A DNA stretch of 64,000 nt from a virus (taxonomy: Duplodnaviria; Caudoviricetes): positions 32,001 to 96,000 of the IMG/VR virus record IMGVR_UViG_3300037722_000745; one strand, written 5' to 3'. The notes beneath the pieces are model-generated. The model was not told the DNA's origin and did no database searches. It saw nothing but the letters and a program-made list of their open reading frames with translations. The translations under genes and the position numbers were made by a program. Positions 41,472 through 53,100 of this stretch are shown in pieces; within the stretch, counting starts at the first letter, position 1, and each line of letters starts with the position of its first letter.

Positions 41472-42683
41472 TCAGGTCGGCGTGGCCTCCAACCCAGACG
41501 AACCCTCGAAGGGCAGCTTGAGAATGATGTACGTCGTGTTCCCCGAAGGGATCGGAGCGAGATTGTCCGCCGTTTTGAAGTAGGTTGGCGGCTCGCCAGC
41601 GTTGTCGAACAACTTCCAGGCCACGTTGTTCAACAGAGAAACATAGGTCAGATCCCATGCCTCCCGGAGTGTGGCCTCACAACTCCCGTCCGTTGGGGCC
41701 GGCATGGTGTCTTCTTGGAGATCGGCAATCTCAAACCGCGCCTCTGCTAAACGAGGGAATTTGGCCCACAACACTGCCGACGAGTTCAATGTCGTCGGGG
41801 ATACAACAACACCATGAGTGTACAACACAGGAGGGTCAATGGGCTGCGGTAGCTCATAGGAGTCGTAGGCTTTGGTGCAGACATCTACCGAGTCAACTTG
41901 GAGAACCGAATTGGCAGCCGCGGTCTCCAAAGCCGGAGAGAAGAACACCAAACCCCCATGGATGCCGTACAGACCATTCTGCACCTCCCCCGAAAAACGG
42001 TTGAGTGGGATTCTTGTTTGGAGAGCATTCTCCACCCATTGGAAAAGCGACCTGTTCGGGTCAAGTGGGGTGCCTTCTTCTGTGACTACTCCGCTGAGGA
42101 TCGTGAGCACATAGTGGCGCTCATCGCTGAGATCTTCAGCAGTAGTCACAACAACTGAGCGTACTGTACTGCTTTGCTCAGCTTCTACAGACGCAAGGGA
42201 CACAACGTTCCCAGAGAGATCTGTGAGACTGTATTGAGCTGTATCCGTGAGAGCTGCATTCTGCAGCATGGTAGAGCTGAAAGTGGCCCGAACTCTCCTG
42301 TTCGAAGTCGCCGTTGCAAAGAAGGTGGGGGTCTGAAGGAGACCATTGAACGTTGCGAAATCAAGGTCAGGGTCAAGGGGTTGGCCAAAGTACCCCAACG
42401 CCTGATCAATGGTTAGTGTGTAAACGACTGCGTCCTGCGGATTAGTCGTCACCAACACGGTCTGAGCAGTCTCGATTACAATCGAGTTGATCGTGAGGGC
42501 CGGAAAGAGAGAGTAGTTACCCAGCGCAACTAACGGACCGAACGCCGCGTCAAACAACGCCGTGTAACGAACTCGGAAGAGCGTGGGGGTGAGGGGAATA
42601 ACCGCCTCGATCCCGAACGCAGGGTACTGGCCTCCATACGGACTCGATCCGTACTCATCACTGCCGTAGTTACCGTCGACCAT
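41472..42683 (-). CDS. structural protein with Ig-like (Big_5-type) repeats
   Basis: V.V.F...M.....Y.L pattern occurs twice. Confidence 0.55.
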   Translation of the reverse strand: MVDGNYGSDEYGSSPYGGQYPAFGIEAVIPLTPTLFRVRYTALFDAAFGPLVALGNYSLFPALTINSIVIETAQTVLVTTNPQDAVVYTLTIDQALGYFGQPLDPDLDFATFNGLLQTPTFFATATSNRRVRATFSSTMLQNAALTDTAQYSLTDLSGNVVSLASVEAEQSSTVRSVVVTTAEDLSDERHYVLTILSGVVTEEGTPLDPNRSLFQWVENALQTRIPLNRFSGEVQNGLYGIHGGLVFFSPALETAAANSVLQVDSVDVCTKAYDSYELPQPIDPPVLYTHGVVVSPTTLNSSAVLWAKFPRLAEARFEIADLQEDTMPAPTDGSCEATLREAWDLTYVSLLNNVAWKLFDNAGEPPTYFKTADNLAPIPSGNTTYIILKLPFEGSSGLEATPT

Positions 42684-42691
42684 ACCCGTGA

Positions 42692-45600
42692 TTAGCCATC
42701 AATGAAGATTTGAACGGAAGCCGAACTTGGATCGCGAACGAGGCGATAGTCATGGAACGAGCCGTCGTAGAAATCAAACGGTATGCCTCCGACCGTGATC
42801 CCACTATTGAGGTCAATAGCCAGAACGTAGCGCTCTCCCAAAGGAGATGTGATGAAAGCCAGACCCAACGTCATACCGGGCGATGAGAACCCAAACCGCA
42901 CTTGGCTATCCCCTAGACCGCCAGAGGAGTCTTGTAGCAATCTCAACCGATACCGGATCTCCGTCTGCAAGCTGATCGAATCCGGTAACGGTGTGTTGTT
43001 ACGGTAGATCGTGCGAGTGCCCACCCCATCTGTGCTATAGGTCAGGACTCCTGCAAAAGCCGAAGCCGAGACGTGGGATGGATCATCACTCTGCAGACTC
43101 CAAGGAGTTGCTGCTAGGACGTCGTTCTCAGGTAAGACCGAACCGTCGTAGCTGAGACACACCTCGTTTTGGTAGTAGAGGGTCCCCAAAGATGGTTGAC
43201 ACTCATCGTTAAAGGGCGCGATCAGATCGGTCGAACCGGTTTGAGCCTCAATGACTTCCAAACAATTGTAGAGCACGTCATCTGGGACCAGGATCTGGAT
43301 GCGCTGCTCTGCATTGTTGAGCAAGAAGCCTTGATCATTGAGAATATCCTCCGGTCGATTCAGACCGACGACGGATGTGAGGACCGATTGCGGGCTTCGA
43401 ACCTCGTACGTCTGAGTGGAGGGGACCAACGGGGTCCCTTCGTTGAGTAACGTAAAGGCGGTGAGACCGGGGTCCTGTAGAAAATCTGGATCCGTTTGCG
43501 GTGGGATCCCTTCGGACTCACTCCAGTAATTCGTGTGCGAGTGCGGAAGAACTGTCCGATGGTGCTCGAACGAAGCCATGATGTTCCGCTGGTTGAGGAC
43601 CTGGTGGTGCGGAACGATGCCCTGCTCAGTAATGGATCGCACCGCCCCAAGACGAACGTAGTCCCAGTACGTTTGCGAGATGTTGGTCGGATCAAAAGCG
43701 CCCCAGAGAATTGAGGGTAAACCACCGGCAATCGTCCGAGCGATGCCATCACTGGGCACCGGCAAGTCCAGACTGCTGTAGTCCGCATGGATCCAAGCCT
43801 CGGTCATCGCATCCAAGAAGACCGATACACCTCCCGAGGGGTCCTTCACGATCCGATAGCGATGCAGCGTGGTCCAGTCAGTTTCCAAGACGATGCGGTA
43901 GTCCACCTCAGAGGGTTGCACGGGGAACGAGCCCACGATGGTCAGCTTCGTCACGTCCAGGGCAGGCGCCACGGATGCAACTTCGTAGACTCCCTTATTA
44001 CCCCCCGCGTCGATGATCAACTGATCTCCAACGAGAACGCCGCTTACCGTGAAGTCCGCCTGAGGGTCTGTAAGGACGTTGCCAGCGACGCTGGCACCGC
44101 CAGCGACACGAATCGGCAGATGATACCCCGTCAGCGAATCGGGATCCCGCCCCTTCCAAAGGCCAACGAACTTCCGAACGGTGTTGTCAACCCGCCAGTA
44201 GTTTGCGTAGGCCCAGAGCACATTCGATTGGGACTGTACGCTCAACGGAGTCGCAGAGCCAAAAGACACCAAACCTGTCAGTGACGCCGCCGGCACCGAG
44301 AAAGCGCTGTACGCCACGGAACCAATGAAGACCCCGTCAATGAACAAGCTCACCAAGTCCCCGGCAGTGGCCTTGGTCGCCCGATACGTGTGGAACGCAG
44401 GCGCCCCCGCATCGAACCAGTCGAATGCGAACTGGCCGCCAGCCACCGCGACGCCATCCGAGTGCAGCGTCACGTACCGCGTGCCTGCGATTTCCTCGAA
44501 CATCATCCCGACAGACCGAAGACTATCGTAGACCGAAGTCATGACTCCGCAGAAACCGCCCAGGTCCGCCGTGTAGCTCTGGACCTGGACCCGGAACTCA
44601 AACATGTAGTCGGTCGTATTGCCCACGACACGGGCTGGGTCCCCTACAATGGCGGTGTCTTCGAGCGAGTAGACCAATCCGTCCGCATTGGTGGTGTCGT
44701 CGATTGCCAGGTACTGGCCCACCATGGAGGGCACAACCCCACCCGAGACATCCCACAGGTATGGCTCGAACTCATCCGGCAGGGCTCGTCCGCCGTAGCT
44801 AAACTTCGGGGCCTCGGTCTCGGGAAAGAGGCAGAGTTGGATCAACCGCTTACCGTCGTCGACCGCGGCCATGCAGGCGTTGGGTGTGATGCCGTGCGTG
44901 TGGGTCAGCATCGACATGTTCACGTCCAAAACGATGTTGAACGCCTTGGATAACAGGGGCTCGATGCGGGAGTAACCTCGGAAGTCGCCACTGATGAGCC
45001 CGGCCGCAGACGACGAAGGCAGGTCTGTGGCGCTCGTCGAATCCAACAACAGGAAATCGTTCGCTAGGATCGTGTCGGTCCCATGGAATCCGACCGGGGT
45101 CCAAGGTTGGGACGACTCTTCTGGAGGTGTGGTGCCCTCGTACGAGACAAACACCGAAGGCTTTGTCTGGAGAGGGTTAATCGGAATGCTTGTGTAACGG
45201 ACGAAGCTCCAGGTGGACTCGTTTTGCGCCTCCCGTGAAAGGGAACCGAAGAACGCTCCTTGGAGTTCATTGAAGGGCGCGTTGAGTTCCTCGAGATATG
45301 GCAAATCCTCTGGAGCGGCCACGAGTGTCGGTGTGACCGCCCCGTCGATGAACACTGAAATCGTACCGCCTTGATTTCGAAAGATGCGATAGCTACGAAG
45401 TACCGTCCAATCTAGATCAGCCGGTAACCCAGTAGGGTCTCCCACGCCATCCAAACCTCCAGTCCACGCACTTAGACTTGAAGGGTCGTTACCAAAACCG
45501 GCCTTCAGAATTCCGCACTTCGTCGTACCCCCGTCGTCTAGAAACCCAACCACGATGGCCTTTTGGTCATCAGCGTAGCCCGCTGCGATCCCAGTGAAGA

Positions 45601-47659
45601 CCCCATCCGGTGTGGTCACCGTATCGATCATCATCCGCCACGCGATGGCGAAGACGTGTGGGAAGGTCAAGTCGACCGGCTGTGTCCAGAAAAATGGATC
45701 GCCGCCTGGGAAAGGACCCGTCGTGGTGTCCTCAACCACTAGGTCGCTACTCACGATAGAAGCGTTCCCAGTGCCCAGGCGCTCCCACGGGGCGGTTGGG
45801 TCCGACTCGGGTAGAACCGTAGGCTGGTAGTTGACGAAGGTAGACTCTACCGTGCGGGACAAGCTCGGGAACGCAATTCTGTGTACCGGAGAGTTGAGGA
45901 GCAGCAAATTGGGGTCATTGAGCGCTACCGAATAGGCACGTTCATAGGCTCGGTACTTGAGATCCCGCTGAAGGGGCTGCTCGAGCGTGGCCTGTATATC
46001 CAACGGCATGTATGTCTGGGGTTGGATCAGCGTGTTGTTGTAGCGGTACTTGTGCTGCGTCGAGTCAACCGGGCGTCCGGTGTCTCGGTTCCAGTTGTTG
46101 AGCCGAAATTCCTGCGAGTTCAACCGACGGAAATCCACCACCGGGTTACAGACCCAGCAGTAGTCGACCTCCACATCGTCCGCCGGATCGGGCACCGAAG
46201 TCAGGACGATCTGGCCGAGGAGACCGATGACAGCTTCCGGGACCACTGGTAGCCCGTTGACCCGCACGGTCACATCTGACGGATCATCGGCGATCACACC
46301 GTCCCGCGGGTCATACAACTCCCAGCCGATACTACCGTTGGAAGCGTCAGGCAGAGAGAAGCTCGCAACGACACGCACTACGGTTGACGAGACCCGCGTG
46401 ACAATGCGGAAGTCACCGTCATTAGCCGCCGATCCTGTCAGGCGGAGGTAGAGCCCCACGTGAGAAGGGTCAAACACCGCCGAAGGAATGGTGAGCTGTG
46501 TGGGGCTGTCGATCGTGGCGTCCGCTCCCGTCTGTAGGGACAACTCAGGCTTGGTAATGGGACCCTTGTCGACGAATATGCTACGCGTCGTGATGGCCGG
46601 CGTGGCCGTGAAGATCGCTGTGTTGAACACTGGGTCGATGGGATTGCCGGCCACATCGTGCGGGGTGCCAGTTGCGTTGACCGTGAGCGTGTAGTCGCCG
46701 TCGGCGAGGCCCACGGTGTCGAGCAACACCTGTGTGTCGGACAAGGTCCGGACCCCTCGGACACGCACGGTCGAGCCGCCTGTGATGCTGTATTCAGTTG
46801 GGTTGGTAAGTGCCGACTCTACCCGCATCGGTTCATTGAACGTCACGATCACGTCCCCGTCGGGAAGCTGTTCTGCCGATGCGACCTGTGGCGGGGACGA
46901 CACCGCGGTAAAGTCGGAAGAATCCGCGAACGTGGCCCCCGTCTTGTTGCCGAGACCGGACACAAACAGCGTATAGAGTTGACCGTTTGTGGGCTCGTTG
47001 ATCTCCAGCCGCACGCCTTCCAAGCCCCGTGTGTGGGACCATGGGACAGACCCCTCTGGGTCGAGCCGCAACAGCTCCTGGTCGAGCAGGACAGCACCAT
47101 CACTGAAGACGGCTACGACTTGCGCGAATGAGATGTTGTTCGCAGCACTCTGGAGACTGATAAAATCGCCCACTTGGATTGGGGCCGTAGCTCCAACAGG
47201 CAAGAACCGTGAGGTGGTCGACCGCTGGACATAGGTCAGGTCCGCAGCGAAGGACGATTCACCGCCCAGACCCACATCCGCGTTATCCCCAGTTGAGTTT
47301 AGAGTAGCTTGGACATCAGAGCTGCCGTTGAAGGTGGCCTGAGCCTCGCGGGTCCGTCCGGCGTTGGCCGTCATGGAGGACGACCCGTTGAAATCGACGT
47401 AATTCCCCACCCGGGTCAAGTTCGCAGTCATGGAGGACGACCCGTCCATGCTGACTGCGGTCGTGCCGGGAGGCAGGCCAACGAAGCCTCGCCCCGACTG
47501 CACGATCGTGTACACAGGGGTCGCAGCCTGCGCCACAATGGGGACGCCAGTTGTTCGGGACAGCCTGTACTTGGTCAGATCCGACACCCCGCGGAAACTC
47601 AATAGGGTGTCGAATGTAACCTCAAGCAGAGTGTTGTCGCTGTTGACCGTAAGCGCCAT
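42692..47659 (-). CDS. very large virion protein with Ig-like and lectin/LamG-like repeats
   Basis: 1655 aa; PPQVASA...VIVTFNEPM...DVAGNPI Ig-like domain; repeated DW...[RH].YR...V.VF.DG modules. Confidence 0.7.
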   Translation of the reverse strand: MALTVNSDNTLLEVTFDTLLSFRGVSDLTKYRLSRTTGVPIVAQAATPVYTIVQSGRGFVGLPPGTTAVSMDGSSSMTANLTRVGNYVDFNGSSSMTANAGRTREAQATFNGSSDVQATLNSTGDNADVGLGGESSFAADLTYVQRSTTSRFLPVGATAPIQVGDFISLQSAANNISFAQVVAVFSDGAVLLDQELLRLDPEGSVPWSHTRGLEGVRLEINEPTNGQLYTLFVSGLGNKTGATFADSSDFTAVSSPPQVASAEQLPDGDVIVTFNEPMRVESALTNPTEYSITGGSTVRVRGVRTLSDTQVLLDTVGLADGDYTLTVNATGTPHDVAGNPIDPVFNTAIFTATPAITTRSIFVDKGPITKPELSLQTGADATIDSPTQLTIPSAVFDPSHVGLYLRLTGSAANDGDFRIVTRVSSTVVRVVASFSLPDASNGSIGWELYDPRDGVIADDPSDVTVRVNGLPVVPEAVIGLLGQIVLTSVPDPADDVEVDYCWVCNPVVDFRRLNSQEFRLNNWNRDTGRPVDSTQHKYRYNNTLIQPQTYMPLDIQATLEQPLQRDLKYRAYERAYSVALNDPNLLLLNSPVHRIAFPSLSRTVESTFVNYQPTVLPESDPTAPWERLGTGNASIVSSDLVVEDTTTGPFPGGDPFFWTQPVDLTFPHVFAIAWRMMIDTVTTPDGVFTGIAAGYADDQKAIVVGFLDDGGTTKCGILKAGFGNDPSSLSAWTGGLDGVGDPTGLPADLDWTVLRSYRIFRNQGGTISVFIDGAVTPTLVAAPEDLPYLEELNAPFNELQGAFFGSLSREAQNESTWSFVRYTSIPINPLQTKPSVFVSYEGTTPPEESSQPWTPVGFHGTDTILANDFLLLDSTSATDLPSSSAAGLISGDFRGYSRIEPLLSKAFNIVLDVNMSMLTHTHGITPNACMAAVDDGKRLIQLCLFPETEAPKFSYGGRALPDEFEPYLWDVSGGVVPSMVGQYLAIDDTTNADGLVYSLEDTAIVGDPARVVGNTTDYMFEFRVQVQSYTADLGGFCGVMTSVYDSLRSVGMMFEEIAGTRYVTLHSDGVAVAGGQFAFDWFDAGAPAFHTYRATKATAGDLVSLFIDGVFIGSVAYSAFSVPAASLTGLVSFGSATPLSVQSQSNVLWAYANYWRVDNTVRKFVGLWKGRDPDSLTGYHLPIRVAGGASVAGNVLTDPQADFTVSGVLVGDQLIIDAGGNKGVYEVASVAPALDVTKLTIVGSFPVQPSEVDYRIVLETDWTTLHRYRIVKDPSGGVSVFLDAMTEAWIHADYSSLDLPVPSDGIARTIAGGLPSILWGAFDPTNISQTYWDYVRLGAVRSITEQGIVPHHQVLNQRNIMASFEHHRTVLPHSHTNYWSESEGIPPQTDPDFLQDPGLTAFTLLNEGTPLVPSTQTYEVRSPQSVLTSVVGLNRPEDILNDQGFLLNNAEQRIQILVPDDVLYNCLEVIEAQTGSTDLIAPFNDECQPSLGTLYYQNEVCLSYDGSVLPENDVLAATPWSLQSDDPSHVSASAFAGVLTYSTDGVGTRTIYRNNTPLPDSISLQTEIRYRLRLLQDSSGGLGDSQVRFGFSSPGMTLGLAFITSPLGERYVLAIDLNSGITVGGIPFDFYDGSFHDYRLVRDPSSASVQIFIDG

Positions 47660-49301
47660 GGAGGTACCGGCTCACCACTAGCGGGGCTAGAGAAGCATTC
47701 TTGAGGACCGAGCGGAAAGACTCGATCTGATCACGCGACATATCCCGACCGTACACGTACCAGGTGTACGCCTCGGCGAACGCCTCCTGGATGTGCGACT
47801 TGCCATAACCCGACACCGGCAGGACAGTTCGGGGGTCGTTTTTGTCCTCCTTCTCGATCCGATCGCGTTGAGCAGTCTCGAACGCTTGAACCACTTCATA
47901 GGCCAACCCTTCCGTGCCCATCAGAGTCGCGTCCATGCCCATGAGCCAGTCACGCTTCCACATGTCGAAACGACGCCGGAAGTGGTCGGGATCAGCTTCT
48001 ACCTCCCCACTGAAACTGGACACGAACGCGTTCAAAGTGCGGATACGTTCTTCCAACAGCTTGATCTGAGCCACGGCTCGGCCCAACGTCTGTCGGATCC
48101 ACGGATCAGCCTCCGGCTTGATATAGGCCCGCAACTCGACAGGGTCTAGGATCAAGATTTTGAGGGCCTGCAAGCCGCCGTTCAAGCGGCTGTAGGCTTC
48201 GTCGAAAGCGTACTGGATCCCTTTAGGGTCGTAGAAGCGGTCATCCTTTTTGACCAGCTCCATGCCCCGATCTACTCGCTGGCGAGCTTCATGAACACTG
48301 TCCTGAAGACTGGAGACCACACGCTCCGGGATGGGCTGTAGCTCATCCTGTGGCGCACGGTTGACCTTGACCAAGCTCTCGAAGCGAGCCCGCTGCGAGC
48401 CCTTCATGAACTTGGACCAGTAGCGGTGCCCCAGCTCGTGCACGATGGACTCGGCTACCCACTGCCCCGGAGGCTGCGTCAGAACGAAGATGTCTTCGCC
48501 TGCGTGGTACCGACCGGCGCGGCTCCGTAGACCCTTGTACCCCAGGGCTTCATAAGCCGCGATCTGCGACTTATTCAGCTTGTCGTAGTCGACCGACTCG
48601 ATGAACATCACGCCGTACCACAGTTTCTCGAACCCACGACGACGAAGGAGCTGGTACGCCTTGTCGATGAAGCGGACGTAAGCCCGAACGAGATTCCCGT
48701 TGGCCTTCATATCCTGAACGATGACCTTCATTCGACCGTAGCTGAACTCTCGGAAGACGGCCTCGGACCACTCCCGCTCGGTCTCCCGGCTCCCCTGATC
48801 GTGCTCTGTGTCGATGTGCTTTTTCAGTAGCACTGCTTCCTGCCGTAGGATGGCGAGGATCTTGTCGAGGAGGTCCGTGAGAGGACGCTCGCGGCCCTGC
48901 CAGTAGGTCATTACCTCATCGAACTTGTTCCGGTACAGGTCGAGCATCTTCTCGGCTTCCTCAACCGTGAAAGTGCCGGCAGGCATACCCGTTGTGCCCG
49001 TGTGGACCTGCATCCAATGCTTTGCAGTGCTTTGTTTGTCCTTGATCTCGGATTTCAGCGTGGTAAACAGGCCAGACAGCTTCGTCTTACCTGCGTCCGA
49101 CAACGGGGCACGTCGCACAAACGCGACCTGTTCCTGCAAGTTGGTGACGAAGTCTTCGAGCGCGTCGATGGCTCGAAACACACCGTTCCAGTCGCGGATA
49201 CTGGGCTTCATCAAGGACAGCCAACCGCGGCGAACCCCCATGAGCCAGGACTTCGTAAGCAGCTCAGCGCGTTTGTCGTAGCTGTAGCGCTCAGAAGTCA
49301 T
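47622..49301 (-). CDS. HExxH zinc metallopeptidase, paralogue of 19194..20303
   Basis: IVHELGHRY plus distal VSGYGKSHIQEAFAEAYTWY; inserted in the baseplate operon. Confidence 0.7.
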   Translation of the reverse strand: MTSERYSYDKRAELLTKSWLMGVRRGWLSLMKPSIRDWNGVFRAIDALEDFVTNLQEQVAFVRRAPLSDAGKTKLSGLFTTLKSEIKDKQSTAKHWMQVHTGTTGMPAGTFTVEEAEKMLDLYRNKFDEVMTYWQGRERPLTDLLDKILAILRQEAVLLKKHIDTEHDQGSRETEREWSEAVFREFSYGRMKVIVQDMKANGNLVRAYVRFIDKAYQLLRRRGFEKLWYGVMFIESVDYDKLNKSQIAAYEALGYKGLRSRAGRYHAGEDIFVLTQPPGQWVAESIVHELGHRYWSKFMKGSQRARFESLVKVNRAPQDELQPIPERVVSSLQDSVHEARQRVDRGMELVKKDDRFYDPKGIQYAFDEAYSRLNGGLQALKILILDPVELRAYIKPEADPWIRQTLGRAVAQIKLLEERIRTLNAFVSSFSGEVEADPDHFRRRFDMWKRDWLMGMDATLMGTEGLAYEVVQAFETAQRDRIEKEDKNDPRTVLPVSGYGKSHIQEAFAEAYTWYVYGRDMSRDQIESFRSVLKNASLAPLVVSRYLHGAYGQQRQHSA

Positions 49302-50106
49302 CCGAGTGGTCCTCCGCCGTCACACACTGGTTGACCTTCTTGCCCAACCGATCCCGGTCCCGGATGCCTTGCCAATACGAGCGGTAGTCCTCGTAGTAGT
49401 AGACCCCCAACTTCCATCGCATCGCATCTAGAATTTGACCTAGACCGTCCCCTGGCAAGTAGGTATCTGTGAAGATATAGCGAATGCGGAAAAGCGTGTG
49501 TGCCGGTCGCACTAGATCCAGGATCTGACGAATCGCCGAGTCCGCCTCAAAGATGTCCGGAGGGAATCCGCCGCCCGGCGGTGCGATGTAGTCGATGTTG
49601 AAGACAAACTCGTCAGAGATGTCGAGACCGCTGGCCCCTTGCCGGAGCAAGATGAACGCCTCGGTGACCTCAATATCGCCAGAGATAAACAACCTCACCA
49701 CATCGGACATCGACTCCGGGATCGATCCCTGGAAGTAGATTCGGATCAGGTTGAGAAAGAAGTTGCGGAACTCCTCATCCGAGAATCCTAAGTTCGGGAG
49801 TTTGCTGTTGACAAGAACGAGATACCCCACGATCGACCAGAGAAAATCTGAACGGGTTGTCGAGAACTCGCGGTCTCGATCCACATCCTCGAGAGCCAAT
49901 TCGAGACGAGCCAACTCCACCGCTGCCGCCTTGAGCGCCTGAGTGTAGTTAGGGCCCTGGACGGATGAGATGTAGTTGGAAGGCAGCAAATTAAGTAGAG
50001 TAGAGAAGATCGTCTGAGCCCGTTGGATCAGCCTTAAATTGTACTCCTTCCCCTTCTGGACCACCGTCGAGTTGAGACGGTTCTCTCCGAAGACAAACCG
50101 TGCCAT
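49291..50106 (-). CDS. baseplate wedge protein (gp7/tail protein I-like)
   Basis: Position after the baseplate J-like gene; D.E.R.....I.YF.GS and I...RPAHT motifs. Confidence 0.6.
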   Translation of the reverse strand: MARFVFGENRLNSTVVQKGKEYNLRLIQRAQTIFSTLLNLLPSNYISSVQGPNYTQALKAAAVELARLELALEDVDRDREFSTTRSDFLWSIVGYLVLVNSKLPNLGFSDEEFRNFFLNLIRIYFQGSIPESMSDVVRLFISGDIEVTEAFILLRQGASGLDISDEFVFNIDYIAPPGGGFPPDIFEADSAIRQILDLVRPAHTLFRIRYIFTDTYLPGDGLGQILDAMRWKLGVYYYEDYRSYWQGIRDRDRLGKKVNQCVTAEDHSDDF

Positions 50107-53100
50107 CAGTTCTCCGTAAACTCTCGGTAGGTGACCGTGAACACTCCAAGCTCTACCACTTCCATCGCGGCCACGGTGATGTCATGTGAGTCCTCATCTC
50201 CACGGACAACATAGCTCGCAGCGTAAGCGTGACTCTCTGGGTTGTCCGTAGGGACGCCAGAACCATCCAACGACACCACCACATGGTTGGCCGTGCGTCG
50301 AAGGCGCTCCTCTTCGTACTCGTTAACCAAGAACCCCTCAAGAGCTAACGTAGCGTCATCAGAATACCCCGCAATGATGGCTCCACCCGATCCGATGATG
50401 AACGCTTGGTTGGCGGAAGAACACACGAGCGCGAGTGTCTCCGAAATGGTCATGGACTCGTCGTCCTGGAACACCCCCTTGTGCTCGGTATCTTCACCCC
50501 CACCGTCCGTCGTGGGGTATTCCAGGGGGTTCGTCAGGATGAACGCCTGGTTGCCTCCAATATCAAGCGAGGCCACACGATTGTTTGTAGGCAGCACAGA
50601 CTCCCGAAGCCGGCGGCTACCGTCTGCGTACGCCATCCGAGCCATCGGGAGAACATTGAACTGCACTCCGCTACTGTTGTTGATCGCTGCGTCCACATTT
50701 GACTGAGCCACATCCTCGCCGATGAGCTTCTTGTTCAGATTCAGCGAGACGTTGTTACGGACCGCAGGATCAGTCTTGTCCTTCGAAGCGCCACGGGCGA
50801 GCTGAACAGTCGTCTCGATGTCGATTGAGTTCAGGATGGCCTGCTTGACGAGCACATCGGCAGTCACATGCCGCTTGTTGTTGAGAATGGCCTGAAGCTG
50901 TTGCAGCAGGTCATTGATCACGTAGGTGACCGTGAAGTTCTCATCGTGAATATAGTCCACCGAGACTTCCTCGCCGTTCGCAATCTGAGATGCCGAGGTC
51001 CGCACGATACGGGCCGGCGTCGTGGCCGTACCCGCGATGATGTCGTAATCAGGGGCCACAGCCCCTGGCGGCTCGTATTCAATGGTGCGAGATTCGTTGA
51101 AGACCCGGATTGTAGCCGTGTTGATGCCGATGGAGTCCAAAGGCTCCTGCTCGAAGCCGATCATCACGTGCAGCTCGTCATTGACCGTGATCGTATCTCC
51201 GCTCGGGACCCCACCCGAGGGGACAATCGCCACATAGTCCCGAGCAATCGTGCTCTCGCCCTCCAGGAGGGGGTCATCGACCTTGAACAGTTCGTAGTGG
51301 ACGGACGGGTCCAAGGCGCCCGACACTTCGCCTACGACTGACACAACGCGACGCACAGGCTGAAGGGTCATGAAGAACTGGTTGACGACCCGGAAGCGGT
51401 AGTCCGCTGTGACGATGTCGTCGATAGCCGTTGCAGGCTGCGCGATGGCTGTGTTGACCTGAAACGTCTGATAGTCGAGAATGGCGACGCCCGTTAAGTC
51501 GTAGTCAGAGCCAAGGGTGATGTTCCGAACCCCGAGCCCCTGGACCGGGTTGTTTAGGATCTCGATGATGGGTGTCGCCGGGGTCACGCGGGAATCGAGC
51601 ACCCGGAAGATCAGATTGGTCGCGTCAATGATCTGACACTGAATATCACGAGCAACCTCGAAGGTGAAGGCGAACGTGTCCTGCACCTGGCGCTCCTGAA
51701 CACCCTGCACCCAAACATCGACCTTGCCTCCGATGTGCTTCTTACGAACATCGTCGTAGTCCCGCATCATGAGGGCGTCGCCTGACTTGATGATCTTGGA
51801 CTTGATGATACCGATCTTGGCAGCCGATTCTGCGGCATAGCCTCCTTCGGTACCAGTGTCGACCGAAGCGAACCCCAACATCGCTCGAGCCGCCAGATTC
51901 GCATTAGACTCTACATCATCTCCAAAAACCGTCGCGCTCTCGTTGATGGCTTGCAGACCGCTAATCCCCACCAGAGTCCGGATCGCACCGGCCGGGACAT
52001 TGCCTGCAGAACCCGCCAGCTCCGCCACAATGGACACCCGCAGCTCGTATCGACGTTCATCAAAGTTGTAGTAAGCCTCAGCATTCGTTGTGGGTAGGAC
52101 GAAAGACCCTCCAATACGATACCTCTGAGAAGTGACACCTGTTGTTGCGTCTGCAGAGGAGGTGGCAAACGACCCAGCGGGTACTGGGATGTCCTGAGTA
52201 GGACGGGTCGCTGTGTACAACGTCAAGGTGCCGACCGCCTGCCGCCCTCCAAGGCGGGTCTTGTTCACGTTGGCTGCCAGCTTGTCGAACTGCTGATCTA
52301 CAAGGGACTGAACCGAAGTGTCGCTGGTGAGCCCGATGGCCGCCTTAAGAGCCTGCTTGTAAGCACTGCTGGCAACCGGGTCACTGACACCACTGCCGCT
52401 CACATTATCGATCGCTAGCAAGGTCAGGAAACTCTGACTCCGGTGCACGAAGTCAAGCAAGAACCAGATCCGCTCCGCCTCAGATGCAAACGGGTCAATC
52501 GCTACGTCTCGATAGACCGAACCAGGAACGAGCGAGACCTCTGAATTCACCCTTCCAACCGCATTGATGTAGTCCGTGACGATCTGTGTTTGAGTCCGTC
52601 CCGGAAGGTCGCGAATCGTGGTGTCAATCACCAACGGAGATCCCAACACCTCTTGGGAGAATGGGGTCTCCACTTCGGTGTTGGTGGTCGGGTCGAAGTA
52701 GACTCCTGTCACCACATAGTAGAGGGGGTCAGAATCTGAAATGCTGACAAACTGGTCTGAGTTGACGAGCCCAGTCCCCCCGGATCGCACGTGGTTGAAG
52801 ACTACGAACTCGTTCAGCTCGTAGTTCTGAAGAGCGCTAGCAAACCGAAGCTGGCCGGCGATCGAAGCATTGTCATGGAAGGAGTCCAACCTGACGGCCA
52901 CTTCATTGCCGAACTCGTCTTCCTCTGACACACGAACTCTCAAATTCTTGTTGCTGCTAACATCCCACTGCGCAATGTCTTCGTACTCTGTGACGTCATC
53001 TTCCTCAAACTCGGTCGGGGCTGTGATCGGCTTTTCGTTGACTCGATAGTAGCCACTGACACCTGCAGGCTCCACCGAGGCGTAGAAGTTGAACCCTAGA